Positions 8,723 to 19,153 of a stretch of 63,359 nucleotides of DNA are shown in pieces. The stretch's first letter is position 1; every line of letters starts with the position of its first letter. The notes under the pieces are model-generated. The model worked only from the letters and a program-made list of their open reading frames with translations. It ran no database searches and was not told where the DNA came from. The stretch spans positions 1-63,359 of the forward strand of contig JAOZTH010000001.1 of assembly GCA_029939245.1 (NCBI GenBank). Reading direction: 5' to 3'. The translations under genes were made by a program, and so were the position numbers. This DNA is from Arcobacteraceae bacterium. Lineage in GTDB: Bacteria > Campylobacterota > Campylobacteria > Campylobacterales > Arcobacteraceae.

Positions 8723-9310
8723 ATGAGAAATTTCATAAATATGAGTGTAATAGCGACATTGTCGTTGTTTTTGTTGAGTGGGTGTGCGGATAAACCAAAA
8801 GAACCTACAAAAGAGGATTTTCGATGTAAGTGGCACGGAGTGTTAGCACCAAAGTGGTCATGTAATCCACAAGCAAACGGCTATATAGCAGAAGTAGGTA
8901 TATCAAAACCAAATGCTGGCAATGATGTGTCATTTCAGAGGAGTGAAGCTCTAGCAGATGGCAGAGACAAACTAGCATCGCAAGTTCGTATCAAAGTGGC
9001 AAATCTATTCAAGCAATACAAAGGTACTACAGGTAGTGGCAAGGCTAGCACGTTTGATAAGGCAACTTCGTCTACATCAAAACAGCTTACAAATGAAACA
9101 TTAAGTGGTTCTAAGTCTATAGAGATGTGGATACACCCAACGACAAAAGAGATGTATCTTTTAGTAGTAGTCAAAACTGCAAAAGTCGGTAACAGTATGA
9201 AACAGGCTATCAAAACTTCGTTTAAAAACGAACAAGCTATGTATCAGAGATTTTTAGCTTCTCAGGCAAATGGTGAGTTAAACAAAGAGCTTGAAAAAGC
9301 AAGTGAATAG
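8723..9310 (+). CDS. LPP20-family lipoprotein
   Basis: 195 aa with lipobox LLSGC. The mature region resembles the Helicobacter Lpp20 / Campylobacter FlgP-type LPP20 domain (…AEVGISKP… SEALADGRDKLASQV…). Confidence 0.65.
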   Translation: MRNFINMSVIATLSLFLLSGCADKPKEPTKEDFRCKWHGVLAPKWSCNPQANGYIAEVGISKPNAGNDVSFQRSEALADGRDKLASQVRIKVANLFKQYKGTTGSGKASTFDKATSSTSKQLTNETLSGSKSIEMWIHPTTKEMYLLVVVKTAKVGNSMKQAIKTSFKNEQAMYQRFLASQANGELNKELEKASE

Positions 9311-9320
9311 AGGACAAAAG

Positions 9321-9488
9321 ATGAAAAATATCATATATAGTATAGTTACTGTGGTGTTTGTGGCAGGATTGTTTAACGGGTGTGCTTCAAAACCACAGCC
9401 AAAGGACAACTCAAGAGACAAGCAGATGTATCAAGAGTTCAAAGCAGATCAAGCCGATAAAGCTCTGGACAACGAGTTAAACAAATAA
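9321..9488 (+). CDS. Small lipoprotein (55 aa)
   Basis: MKNIIYSIVTVVFVAGLFNGC lipobox. I prefer the internal ATG at 9321 to the ORF-track start at 9291, which would overlap the upstream gene. Confidence 0.5.
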   Translation: MKNIIYSIVTVVFVAGLFNGCASKPQPKDNSRDKQMYQEFKADQADKALDNELNK

Positions 9489-9586
9489 TATTATTGCGAC
9501 AAGACAAGGACAAGGCTTTTGTCTTGTCTTGGTCTATTTGTGCCTGTAGCATGATATATAGACGATAAAAATAAGGAGCGAAAAAG

Positions 9587-11005
9587 ATGAAAATATTTAT
9601 AAGTCTATGTTTGGTTATATCTATAGGTTTTGCAACATCGTATGATGATTGGTCAAAAAAGAAAAACAACGAATACAAAACCTACAAGATAAATCAAGAC
9701 AGGGCATTTGCCAATGGACTGAAAAAACAGTGGAAAGAGTATCGGCTCAAACAGGACAAAACAAGATTTAAAAAAACAAAACCAAATAATATACCAGAAA
9801 AATCAAAAGAAACAAAAAAAAGAGAAGCGGATTATAAAAATTCAAAAAAAGTCAACATACGACCCATAAAACAAGTTAGGACAAAAGGACTTGTCAAAAA
9901 AACAGTCAAGCTTCTAAGTAAAGATAAACTTGTAGGTATTAGCTTTTTTGGGACAACATCACAAATAGCCTACAATAACAAATATAACTTTCAGCTACAT
10001 ACAATATCAAAAAACTCTATAGCAGACTTTTGGCAGGAATTTTCACGCAAGGATTATAGACCACTCATAAAACAGTTTGAGTTTCACTTTGGCAATATGC
10101 AGCTAAATGACTGGGCTAAATATAAATTTGTATATAAGATGGGTATGAAATTTTATGGACAAAACAACAAAGCAAATCTGTTTACATGGTTTATGCTGAC
10201 CAAACTAGGGCTGGATGTAAAAGTAGGATACAATAGCAACAATATTTATCTGATGAGTGCCATATCTCACAAGCTATATCAAGTGTCGTATTTCAACATA
10301 AACAGCAAAAGATACTATGTGTTGGTTCCAGGCGGGAGAGCAAAAGGAATATCAAATATACGAACATATAAGTCAAACTATAGTAGAAATTTGAGACAAC
10401 TTAGCTTCAAGATGGATAAACCACTAAAGCTAAATAACTTAAAGATATTGAAAAAGTATTCATTTAAATATTACAACAAAACTCACAATCTAAATACTAT
10501 AGTCAACAAAAACTTGATAGATTTTTATAGTTCATATCCGCAGAGTGATTATAGGATATATTTTGATTCTAAAGTGTCAAATATGACTAGAGGTAGGTTG
10601 CTAGCTGGTTTGAGAAAGATAATAGATGGCAAAAAAGAGGTAGAAGCGGTCAATATTTTACTAAGATTTGTGCAAACTGGGTTTGGCTACAAGACAGACC
10701 AGCAACAGTTTAAATATGAGAAAGTATTGTTTCCTGAGGAGACATTGTATTATAAATATAGTGACTGTGAAGATAGGACGATATTGTTTACATACCTAGT
10801 GAAAAATTTGCTAAACTTAGAGACTATAGGACTAAAATACAAAGACCACATAGCATCTGCTGTGGCATTGAACTCGAAAATAAAAGGAGATGGCTACAAA
10901 GTAAACGGCAAGCTGTATTATGTAGCTGACCCTACATTTGTAAATGCAAATATAGGCGAGACGATGACAAAATACAAAAGCAAGATACCACAAGCTATAT
11001 ATTAA
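9587..11005 (+). CDS. Secreted protein with a possible C-terminal transglutaminase-like Cys-His-Asp core
   Basis: 472 aa with a signal peptide and a Lys-rich region. The C-terminus reads YSDCEDRTILFTYLV…KDHIASAVAL…YYVADPT, matching the C…H…D spacing of transglutaminase-like cysteine proteases. Confidence 0.4.
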   Translation: MKIFISLCLVISIGFATSYDDWSKKKNNEYKTYKINQDRAFANGLKKQWKEYRLKQDKTRFKKTKPNNIPEKSKETKKREADYKNSKKVNIRPIKQVRTKGLVKKTVKLLSKDKLVGISFFGTTSQIAYNNKYNFQLHTISKNSIADFWQEFSRKDYRPLIKQFEFHFGNMQLNDWAKYKFVYKMGMKFYGQNNKANLFTWFMLTKLGLDVKVGYNSNNIYLMSAISHKLYQVSYFNINSKRYYVLVPGGRAKGISNIRTYKSNYSRNLRQLSFKMDKPLKLNNLKILKKYSFKYYNKTHNLNTIVNKNLIDFYSSYPQSDYRIYFDSKVSNMTRGRLLAGLRKIIDGKKEVEAVNILLRFVQTGFGYKTDQQQFKYEKVLFPEETLYYKYSDCEDRTILFTYLVKNLLNLETIGLKYKDHIASAVALNSKIKGDGYKVNGKLYYVADPTFVNANIGETMTKYKSKIPQAIY

Positions 11006-11062
11006 AGATTTAGTATCAAAAAAGCCACAAAAGCACAAATACTGCAAATAAAAGATATATTT

Positions 11063-11659
11063 GTGGCGAAATATGACAAAGCCAAAACAGAGCTTAGCTA
11101 TAAAAACGGCTATGAACTTCTCGTAGCCATTGTCTTATCGGCACAATGCACCGACAAGAGAGTAAATATTATCACTGTCAAACTTTTTGAAAAGTATCCA
11201 GATATAATATCACTCTCAAAGGCAAAAATAGATGATATAAAACAACTTATAAATAGCTGTAGTTTTTTCAACAACAAAGCAAACAATCTTTTAAATATGG
11301 CAATTCAGTTAAAAGAGCGACACAACTACAGCATACCAAATACACAACAAGAACTAGAAGCTCTAGCAGGAGTGGGCGAAAAGACAGCTTGTGTGTATCT
11401 CATAGAACTTTACGATGCAAATATCATGGCAGTAGATACTCATGTGTTTCGTGTATCTCATAGGCTAGGCTTGAGCTATGCAAAGACAGTTTCACAGACA
11501 AAGATAGAACTAGAAAAAAAATTTGAAACAGACCTAAACAAACTTCATCAAGCTATGGTGCTGTTTGGACGATATATTTGCAAGGCTGTTAAGCCAGATT
11601 GTGATAGTTGTATATTGGTTGAGTTTTGTAAGACTAAAAAAAGTTTCAAACCGTCATGA
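11063..11659 (+). CDS. nth: Endonuclease III
   Basis: 198 aa. It has LSAQCTDKRVN, the HhH region GVGEKTA, HVFRVSHRLGL and the 4Fe-4S cluster CKAVKPDCDSCILVEFC. Confidence 0.9.
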   Translation: MAKYDKAKTELSYKNGYELLVAIVLSAQCTDKRVNIITVKLFEKYPDIISLSKAKIDDIKQLINSCSFFNNKANNLLNMAIQLKERHNYSIPNTQQELEALAGVGEKTACVYLIELYDANIMAVDTHVFRVSHRLGLSYAKTVSQTKIELEKKFETDLNKLHQAMVLFGRYICKAVKPDCDSCILVEFCKTKKSFKPS

Positions 11660-12753
11660 ACTGTTTTGACAGTGAGCTAAAAGCGATAAGTAGAGCAAAC
11701 AGATTTCGCCATAGAAAACTATATGACGATACTTTAACGGATTTTGCTTCAAATGATTATCTAGGACTAGCACAAAACAAAACTATAGCAAAAAAGTCGG
11801 CGAACTGTTTTCTAAAACAGCACAACTATGGCTCAAAATCATCTATGATAGTCAACGGCTACCACGATATACACTACAAACTAGAAAAGCTATTGTGCCA
11901 GACAAATGGTTTTGAAAGCGGTATCATAGTAGGCAGTGGATATCTAGCAAATATAAGTTTGTTTGAAAGTATGGCTAGAAGGGGCGATATGCTAGTAGTA
12001 GATGAAAACTACCATGCTAGTGGTATGATGGCTAGCAGATTAAGCCGTGCAAAGGTAGAGATATTTGCTCACAATGACACAGCACAGCTAGAGACAATAC
12101 TGCGACAAAACCACAATAAACATAAAAGAATAATAGTGGCTATAGAAGGGGTGTATTCTATGAGTGGTGATATGGCAAACCCCTATATATATGATATTTG
12201 CGACAGATACGAGGCTATACTTATAGTAGATGAAGCACATAGTAGCGGTGTCGTGGGCGAAAATCTAAACGGATGGTTTGACTACAACAATCTAAAAATA
12301 AGGTCAAACCATATAAAGATGGCGACATTTGGCAAGGCATACGGTAGCTACGGAGCATATATACTAGGTTCGCGACAGTTGATAAGCTATCTAGAAAACA
12401 GAGCAAAACCTATCATATATAGCACTGCTTTGTCGTTGTTTGATACTATATATGCATATTATAGCGTGAAACATATACAAAAAAACAGACAAAAAATAAC
12501 AGATAAAATCAAACAGATACAAGCTACTACCAAAGAGATATTAAGTGTAGATATGCCAGCACTTATATTGCCTATAAATCAAAGCTCAAACACCACCACG
12601 ATACAAACACAAAACAAACTTCAAAAAGCAGGATTTGCCGTAGGAGCTATACGACAACCGACAGTCAAGACACCAATCATAAGAATAATACCAAAGATAA
12701 ATATAAAACTAGCTAAACTTAAAGTAGTTTTGGATATAATCAAAAATATATAA
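11656..12753 (+). CDS. bioF: 8-amino-7-oxononanoate synthase-like PLP-dependent acyltransferase
   Basis: 365 aa. It has DFASNDYLGLA, DEAHSSGVVG and the PLP-lysine context TFGKAYGSYGAY. BioF versus Kbl cannot be settled without a search. Confidence 0.65.
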   Translation: MNCFDSELKAISRANRFRHRKLYDDTLTDFASNDYLGLAQNKTIAKKSANCFLKQHNYGSKSSMIVNGYHDIHYKLEKLLCQTNGFESGIIVGSGYLANISLFESMARRGDMLVVDENYHASGMMASRLSRAKVEIFAHNDTAQLETILRQNHNKHKRIIVAIEGVYSMSGDMANPYIYDICDRYEAILIVDEAHSSGVVGENLNGWFDYNNLKIRSNHIKMATFGKAYGSYGAYILGSRQLISYLENRAKPIIYSTALSLFDTIYAYYSVKHIQKNRQKITDKIKQIQATTKEILSVDMPALILPINQSSNTTTIQTQNKLQKAGFAVGAIRQPTVKTPIIRIIPKINIKLAKLKVVLDIIKNI

Positions 12754-12767
12754 AATATAAGGATATT

Positions 12768-13307
12768 ATGATGACACAAGAGGTAAAACAGTTGTTGATA
12801 GATAGTATAGACACGGTGCCAAACTTTCCCAAACCCGGCATAGTGTTTAAAGACATCACTACTTTGCTAAACAAACCAGAGGTATTTTCACGACTTATGA
12901 ATCATCTAGAAAACAGATACAAAGATATGGAGATAGACTATATAGTGGGACTTGATGCTAGGGGGTTTATATTTGGCAGTGTGTTAGCCGATAGACTAAA
13001 CAAAGGTTTCGTAGCATTGCGAAAAAAGGGCAAACTACCAGGCGAGACTATCAAAGAGCGATACGAACTAGAGTATGGATATGACGAAGTAGAGCTACGG
13101 ACAAACTGCTTTGAAAATAAAAAAGCAAAAGTGCTAGTAGTAGATGACTTGCTAGCAACAGGTGGCACAGCAAAAGCATCTGCCAAACTGATACAACGAC
13201 TAGATGCTACTGTGGTGGAGTTTTGTTTTGTGATAGGTTTGCTGGAACTAAAAGGCAAAGACCAGCTAATAGACACAGCTCCTGTATATACTGTGTTGGA
13301 GTTTTGA
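12768..13307 (+). CDS. apt: Adenine phosphoribosyltransferase
   Basis: 179 aa. It has VPNFPKPGIVFKDITTLL and the PRPP motif VLVVDDLLATGGT. Confidence 0.9.
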   Translation: MMTQEVKQLLIDSIDTVPNFPKPGIVFKDITTLLNKPEVFSRLMNHLENRYKDMEIDYIVGLDARGFIFGSVLADRLNKGFVALRKKGKLPGETIKERYELEYGYDEVELRTNCFENKKAKVLVVDDLLATGGTAKASAKLIQRLDATVVEFCFVIGLLELKGKDQLIDTAPVYTVLEF

Positions 13308-13309
13308 CT

Positions 13310-14653
13310 ATGCTTATCATGGCAGTAGTGTTGGGTTTGTTGCTGGTGGGTTGTGTGATGTTTTTGTATATATTATACAATCAAACTATGGATCAAAAAG
13401 AGATCATACGGTCTATAAAACTACGATATAAAGAAAAGTCAGATATGCTCACAGACAAAGATATACAAAATGCAAAACTAAACGAAAAGCTAGCATACTT
13501 GACAGGAGTTCAAGCTAGATATGATGTAGCAAATGTCAAGTTGATAGACAGCAACAGAGACAACGAAGGACTGAAAACAAAACTAGAACAACAAAAGCTA
13601 TATATGGAAGATAGACAAGAATATATCACAAAAGGCGAAGAGAGGTTGAAAAATCAATTTGCTCAAATATCACAAGAGATCACACAAAAAAACACAGACT
13701 TGCTAGACAAATCAAACCAAAAAAGTATGAAAGATATCATAACTCCTATGCAAACACAGCTGACAGAGTTTAAAAAACGAGTAGAACATATATATGACAA
13801 TGACAGCAAAGATAGAGCAAAGATTGGTTTCGAGCTACAAAGCCTAAAGGAGCTAAACCAAAAAATGTCTCAAGATGCTATAAACTTGACAAGGGCACTG
13901 ACACATGACAACAAAACCCAAGGAAGCTGGGGCGAGGTGGTGCTAGAAAAAGTGCTAGAAAGCTCAGGACTACGAAAAGAAAAAGAATACAAAAGAGAAG
14001 TCAGCCTAAAAGATGACAAAGGCAATCTATATAGACCAGATGTAGTGGTGTATCTACCAGAAGATAGACACATAATCATAGATGCAAAAACTTCGCTCAT
14101 AGCATACAACCAATACATAAATCAACACAACGAAGAAAACAAACAAAGCTATCTAGCAGAGCATATAATCTCTATGAAAACACACATAAAAGGATTGGCA
14201 AGTAGAAAATACGAAAAACTACAAGATATCAATAGTCTGGACTTTGTGTTTATGTTTGTGCCTATAGAGAGTGCATTGCTTTTGGCTTTGGAGCATGATG
14301 TGTCGCTTTTTGATAACGCATTTCATCAAAAGATTATACTAGTCAGTCCATCGACACTGCTCGTAGCTCTAAGAGCGGTGGAAAATAGCTGGCGATATGA
14401 AAAACAAGCAAAAAATATTCACAAGATATATGACAGGGCGGAGATGCTATACAATAGATTTGTCAGTTTTGCTGATGAGATGCTAAAAGTTGGCAAGGGG
14501 CTAGATGATGCAAAACAAAGCTACGATGAGACACTCAAAAAATTAAGCAGTGGTGGAGGTAACTTGGTGCGACAAGCTACATTGTTGAAAAAAGTATCAA
14601 ATATAAAACCAAGAAAAGATATAGACAAAAAAATTTTAGAGGAAAATAGTTGA
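13310..14653 (+). CDS. rmuC: DNA recombination protein RmuC
   Basis: N-terminal TM, a long coiled coil, then GSWGEVVLEKVLE…RPDVVVYLPEDRHIIIDAKTSL. The start is moved to ATG 13310 (MLIMAVV…), 2 nt after the apt stop. The ORF-track start at 13223 would overlap apt by 85 nt. Confidence 0.85.
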   Translation: MLIMAVVLGLLLVGCVMFLYILYNQTMDQKEIIRSIKLRYKEKSDMLTDKDIQNAKLNEKLAYLTGVQARYDVANVKLIDSNRDNEGLKTKLEQQKLYMEDRQEYITKGEERLKNQFAQISQEITQKNTDLLDKSNQKSMKDIITPMQTQLTEFKKRVEHIYDNDSKDRAKIGFELQSLKELNQKMSQDAINLTRALTHDNKTQGSWGEVVLEKVLESSGLRKEKEYKREVSLKDDKGNLYRPDVVVYLPEDRHIIIDAKTSLIAYNQYINQHNEENKQSYLAEHIISMKTHIKGLASRKYEKLQDINSLDFVFMFVPIESALLLALEHDVSLFDNAFHQKIILVSPSTLLVALRAVENSWRYEKQAKNIHKIYDRAEMLYNRFVSFADEMLKVGKGLDDAKQSYDETLKKLSSGGGNLVRQATLLKKVSNIKPRKDIDKKILEENS

Positions 14654-16602
14654 CAAAAGACCAATACGACCAAGCCATAAGCACACTGAAAGTTTGGCAA
14701 GAGGCATACTACAAACTAGACAATCCTGTAGCTACAGATGATGAATGGGACAGTCTGTATAGGCAAATAGAACTATATGAACAAAAAAACCCTAGTGAAA
14801 TTAACCCAAACTCACCTACTAAAACTGTAGGCGACACGGTGCAAAAAAAGTTTGACAAACAGGCACATATATCTCCTATGTGGTCGCTAGAAGATCTGTT
14901 TGATATAGATGAGCTTAGAGCTTGGGTCGCTAGATGTGAAAAAACAGTCAAGCCAGATGTGCTTGTATGTGAGCCCAAATACGATGGAGTGAGTCTAAAT
15001 ATCATATACAAACAGGGCAAACTTTTCAAAGCCATAACCAGAGGCGATGGCAAGATAGGCGAAGATGTGACACAAAATGCCAAAACTATAAACTCTATAC
15101 CAAAGAGCATAAGTTATATGGACGATATAGAGATACGAGGTGAAGTAGTCATAAAAAAAAGTCAGTTTGACAAGATCAACTCTCAAAGAGCAAAAGATGA
15201 CAAACCACTGTTTGCCAATCCTAGAAATATGGCGGCAGGTAGTTTAAAACAACTAAACAGTAGCATAACCAAAGAGAGAAAGCTAGAGTTCGTGCTGTGG
15301 GGTGTGGGGCAAAATAGTCTAAAGTATGACAAAGTATCACAGATTATGGAGTTTGTCTATGCTCTGGGATTTGACAAACCTATACTTAGTAAACATTGTC
15401 ACAATATAGAGGATGTTGAGAAGTTTTATAGGTATATGATAGACCAAAGAGACAAGGTAGATATAGCTTTGGATGGTATGGTCATAAAATATGACTTAGT
15501 ATCATATCAGCAGATATTGGGCTGGACGGTCAAGTATCCCAAGTGGTCGTGTGCCTATAAATTTCCAGCAGTTGAGAAAACTACAAAGCTACTTGATGTA
15601 TCTCTACAAGTAGGTAGAACAGGAGCGGTCACACCAGTAGCTATATTGAAGCCTGTGCCGATAGACGGCTCAACGGTCAGCAAAGCTAGCTTGCACAATT
15701 TTGACGAGATAGATAGGTTGGGTCTCATGATAGGCGATGATGTAGTAGTTTTGAAAAGTGGCGATATAATACCAAAGATAGTCAAAGTCCTAAAAGATAG
15801 GCGGACAGGAGAGCAGACGAACATAAAAAAGCCTACAAACTGTCCAACATGCAGTCAGCCACTACACTACGAGGATATACTGATAAAATGCGTAAATCTA
15901 CAATGCCCAGACAAAATCATAAATAGCATTGCATTTTTTGCTAGCAAAGGGTGTGCCAATATAGACGGACTAGGCGAAAAGATAGTCAAGCTACTATATG
16001 AAAAAAACTTAATATCAAACATACTTGATATATATAAACTCAAAAGAGAAAACTTAGTAGGACTGGAGAGTTTCAAAGACAAAAAGATAGACAACTTGCT
16101 ACAAGCTATAGAAAATAGCAAAAATATGAAGCTGTCAAAGTTTATAAATAGTTTGGGTATCTTAAACATAGGCGAAGTCGCTAGTGTGGATATAGTCAAG
16201 CAGTTTGGCGATAAGTTTGTAGATGTAAGTATAGAACAACTTGTCTCCATAGATGGATTTGGCGATATTATGGCAAATAGTTTTGTGGAATTTATAGATA
16301 TAAACCGCCAGTTGGTCTGCGAGCTTATAGGCACGATATCGCCTGTAGTTGATGAATTTGTAGAAGTTGCTGACAATAGATTTAAAGACAAAACAGTAGT
16401 GCTAACTGGCACGATGGCAAAAAGTAGAAACGAGATAAAACAAAAGCTAGAAAATATGGGAGCGAAAGTAGGTTCGGCGGTTTCTAGTAGCACTGACTTT
16501 TTGATCATAGGCGAAAAAGCAGGAAGCAAGCAAAAAAAGGCTAGAGAGCTAGGTATAGAAGTGCTGACATACGATAGTATTATAGGAGAGATAGATGGAT
16601 AA
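14650..16602 (+). CDS. ligA: NAD-dependent DNA ligase
   Basis: 650 aa. It has the adenylation motif CEPKYDG, an OB fold, the Zn finger CPTCSQPL…C…C, HhH repeats and a C-terminal BRCT domain. The TTG start overlaps the rmuC stop. Confidence 0.92.
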   Translation: MTKDQYDQAISTLKVWQEAYYKLDNPVATDDEWDSLYRQIELYEQKNPSEINPNSPTKTVGDTVQKKFDKQAHISPMWSLEDLFDIDELRAWVARCEKTVKPDVLVCEPKYDGVSLNIIYKQGKLFKAITRGDGKIGEDVTQNAKTINSIPKSISYMDDIEIRGEVVIKKSQFDKINSQRAKDDKPLFANPRNMAAGSLKQLNSSITKERKLEFVLWGVGQNSLKYDKVSQIMEFVYALGFDKPILSKHCHNIEDVEKFYRYMIDQRDKVDIALDGMVIKYDLVSYQQILGWTVKYPKWSCAYKFPAVEKTTKLLDVSLQVGRTGAVTPVAILKPVPIDGSTVSKASLHNFDEIDRLGLMIGDDVVVLKSGDIIPKIVKVLKDRRTGEQTNIKKPTNCPTCSQPLHYEDILIKCVNLQCPDKIINSIAFFASKGCANIDGLGEKIVKLLYEKNLISNILDIYKLKRENLVGLESFKDKKIDNLLQAIENSKNMKLSKFINSLGILNIGEVASVDIVKQFGDKFVDVSIEQLVSIDGFGDIMANSFVEFIDINRQLVCELIGTISPVVDEFVEVADNRFKDKTVVLTGTMAKSRNEIKQKLENMGAKVGSAVSSSTDFLIIGEKAGSKQKKARELGIEVLTYDSIIGEIDG

Positions 16603-17035
16603 AAATATAGATATAAACACTCTAGCATTAGCTACGAACAGATCAAGAGCGATGGCATTTGTGATAGATGACTTGCTTATGACATTTATAGCAATAGTGG
16701 TGCTGTGGGACAGTCTGGCAGGACTTCAAAGCGAAGCTATAATAGTGCTGGTGCAAGAAAATTTATATAAGATAATTTTTATAAAGTTTATATATCATAC
16801 ATCGTTTGTATGGTATTATGGTGCAACTATCGGCAAGTTGGTGATGAAAATACGAGTGATAGACTTCCATACCTATAAAAACATAGGACTACTTAAAAGT
16901 GCTATACGGTCTGTAGGACGGGTTATAAGTGAGTTTTATTTTTATATAGGTTTCACTATAGCATTTTTCACAGCTTCTAGGCAGACATTTCATGATAAAC
17001 TGTCGAAAACTTTGGTCATCAAAAATATAGGATAG
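16595..17035 (+). CDS. RDD-family membrane protein
   Basis: 146 aa. RSRAMAFVIDDLLM is followed by three hydrophobic segments and …FHDKLSKTLVI. Confidence 0.6.
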   Translation: MDKNIDINTLALATNRSRAMAFVIDDLLMTFIAIVVLWDSLAGLQSEAIIVLVQENLYKIIFIKFIYHTSFVWYYGATIGKLVMKIRVIDFHTYKNIGLLKSAIRSVGRVISEFYFYIGFTIAFFTASRQTFHDKLSKTLVIKNIG

Positions 17036-19153
17036 ATGTTGAAGTTTGTCTTTGTTTCGGTTGTATTGTTTTGTGTTGTTGTGTTTGCACAAGGGACAGA
17101 AGATGTCCAGCTACTATCAAAGCAGTTCAAAACAAACGGCTCTAGCATACAAGGCTCAGGCGATGTTGTGATATTTTCGCCTACTTATTATCTTACGGCA
17201 AAAAGTATAGTATACGACAAAGACAAAAAGACTTTGGACCTGCAAGAGGATGTGGCGGTGCTGAGAAACAACAACTTTTTTAGTCTGTCAAATAAAATCT
17301 TCGTGGATTTTCAAAATGACACGACAAGTTTCGGCAATGTTACTATATTTGAAAACCAGACAGGAGTATGGATAAAATCAAACGATGCAAACAAAACAGC
17401 ACAGACCTATTTTCTACAACAATCCAAACTCTCTAGCTGTGATTGTGAATCACCGTTTTGGAGTATAGAGTTTACTTCTGGCGACTATGACACAAAAGAT
17501 AAGTGGGTAAATACATATAACACTAGACTATATATAGGCAAAGTGCCAGTGCTGTATGCTCCGTGGTTTGGGTTTTCTACCGATGATACTAGACGAACTG
17601 GTATGTTGCATCCACGAGTAGGGTTGTCCAACAAAGAGGGATTGCTATATGCTCAGTCACTATTTGTAGCACCAGATAAAAACTGGGATATAGAACTAAC
17701 ACCGCAGATCAGAACCAAAAGAGGCGAGGGTGCCTATGTCCAATACCGCTGGGCAGATAGTCCCTATTCGCTACTCCATATAAAGACAGGGGCATTTAAA
17801 GAAAAAGCCAAATACAAAGCAGACAATGAGATAGAAAACCAAACTCACAAAGGATACAACATAGACTATACTAGAAGCCATCTGTTTAGCTCTGGCAACA
17901 CTCAAGATGGCTTGACGATATCTATAAACGACCTAAACGATATAGGATACGAAAACTTACAAGACCTTGACAACAGTAGCGAAAAGCTAGAAGGCGCGAA
18001 ACTTACATCAAAGCTAAACTATTTTTATAACCAAAACAAACACTTCAGTATGATAGAGTTCAAATACTACAAAGACACGAGAAACAAAGACGAAGACGGC
18101 AACTTGGTGGATCAAACAAAGATATTGCAACAGCTTCCAAAGCTCAAATACCACAACTATCTGTCAAATTGGTTCGGCACTAGATGGACTACGGCTTTTG
18201 ATATAGAGTCAAACAACTATACAAACGATGACGAGACAACACCTACAGCGAAAACAACCGATACAAAACTTTCGTTTGCTTATTCGTTTGATATATTTCA
18301 AGAGTTTTTAAACATAGACCTAAACAAAAACTTTCACAGCAAACTTATAGACTATAGCCAAAAGCCACAAACTTATAAAAATGCTAGATATCTTCAAAGC
18401 GAAAACACTATATCTGTATCTACAAGTCTGCTAAAACCGCTAGATAGCATGTATCATACTGTAGGGCTGAAGGTGGATCTCACTACACCACAAGAGCTTG
18501 ACATAGATGGCGATATATATCTAGATGAGACAGATGATGTAGCGTTAAAGCCGTTTGGTATGGAAAAAACGATAGAAAATATCAACATATTGTTTAACCA
18601 ATCATTTTATGACAAAACAAGTTTGACACATATATTGAACCACAAAATACGACAGCTCATAACGATAGACGAAGAGACAGACAGACAAGACAAAAAGGCT
18701 CTGGAAAATGAGATAATATATTATATGAAAGGCGGATATATCACAAACAAGATAAAATACAGCAACAAGTTAAACGAAGTCATATCTACCATAAGTGAGA
18801 TAAAAGATAGCAATGACTACTTTGCTATGAGTTTAAAACACAGCAAGACAAAAGAAAATGAAAACAACAACTTGGAAAAAGATGAGACTATCATAGTAGA
18901 AACATCGCTAAAATTTAACAGATATTATGAGCTAGGATACAAACAAAACTACAATCTGTTGGATGACTTATCTTCTATCAAGGAGTATTATCTGGATATA
19001 CAAAAAAAATGCTGGGGAGCAACGATAGGTATCAAAGATCAGCTAGTATCGGCACCAACTATAGATAACGATGCCATAAGAGAAAAGATTTTATATATAA
19101 ATTTTTTGCTCAAACCTCTAGGCGGGATAGACAAGGAGTTTTTGTATGACTAA
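17036..19153 (+). CDS. lptD: LPS-assembly outer-membrane protein LptD (OstA family)
   Basis: 705 aa. It has a signal peptide, an OstA_N-like start (…GSGDVVIFSPTYYLTAKSIVYDKDKKTLDLQEDV…) and a large beta-barrel region. Confidence 0.75.
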   Translation: MLKFVFVSVVLFCVVVFAQGTEDVQLLSKQFKTNGSSIQGSGDVVIFSPTYYLTAKSIVYDKDKKTLDLQEDVAVLRNNNFFSLSNKIFVDFQNDTTSFGNVTIFENQTGVWIKSNDANKTAQTYFLQQSKLSSCDCESPFWSIEFTSGDYDTKDKWVNTYNTRLYIGKVPVLYAPWFGFSTDDTRRTGMLHPRVGLSNKEGLLYAQSLFVAPDKNWDIELTPQIRTKRGEGAYVQYRWADSPYSLLHIKTGAFKEKAKYKADNEIENQTHKGYNIDYTRSHLFSSGNTQDGLTISINDLNDIGYENLQDLDNSSEKLEGAKLTSKLNYFYNQNKHFSMIEFKYYKDTRNKDEDGNLVDQTKILQQLPKLKYHNYLSNWFGTRWTTAFDIESNNYTNDDETTPTAKTTDTKLSFAYSFDIFQEFLNIDLNKNFHSKLIDYSQKPQTYKNARYLQSENTISVSTSLLKPLDSMYHTVGLKVDLTTPQELDIDGDIYLDETDDVALKPFGMEKTIENINILFNQSFYDKTSLTHILNHKIRQLITIDEETDRQDKKALENEIIYYMKGGYITNKIKYSNKLNEVISTISEIKDSNDYFAMSLKHSKTKENENNNLEKDETIIVETSLKFNRYYELGYKQNYNLLDDLSSIKEYYLDIQKKCWGATIGIKDQLVSAPTIDNDAIREKILYINFLLKPLGGIDKEFLYD

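Noticed and set aside
13223-13309. Upstream extension of rmuC given by the ORF track (start at 13223)
   Set aside because: It would overlap apt by 85 nt and adds a non-conserved Cys/Arg-rich peptide. ATG 13310 gives the expected N-terminal TM helix right after the apt stop.
15867-16628. 253-aa antisense ORF within ligA (and similar ones at 2110..2697 in the RND gene, 21206..21733 in parB and 24655..25074 in dnaE)
   Set aside because: These are shadow ORFs opposite well-supported conserved genes, with Ser/Leu/Phe-rich nonsense translations.
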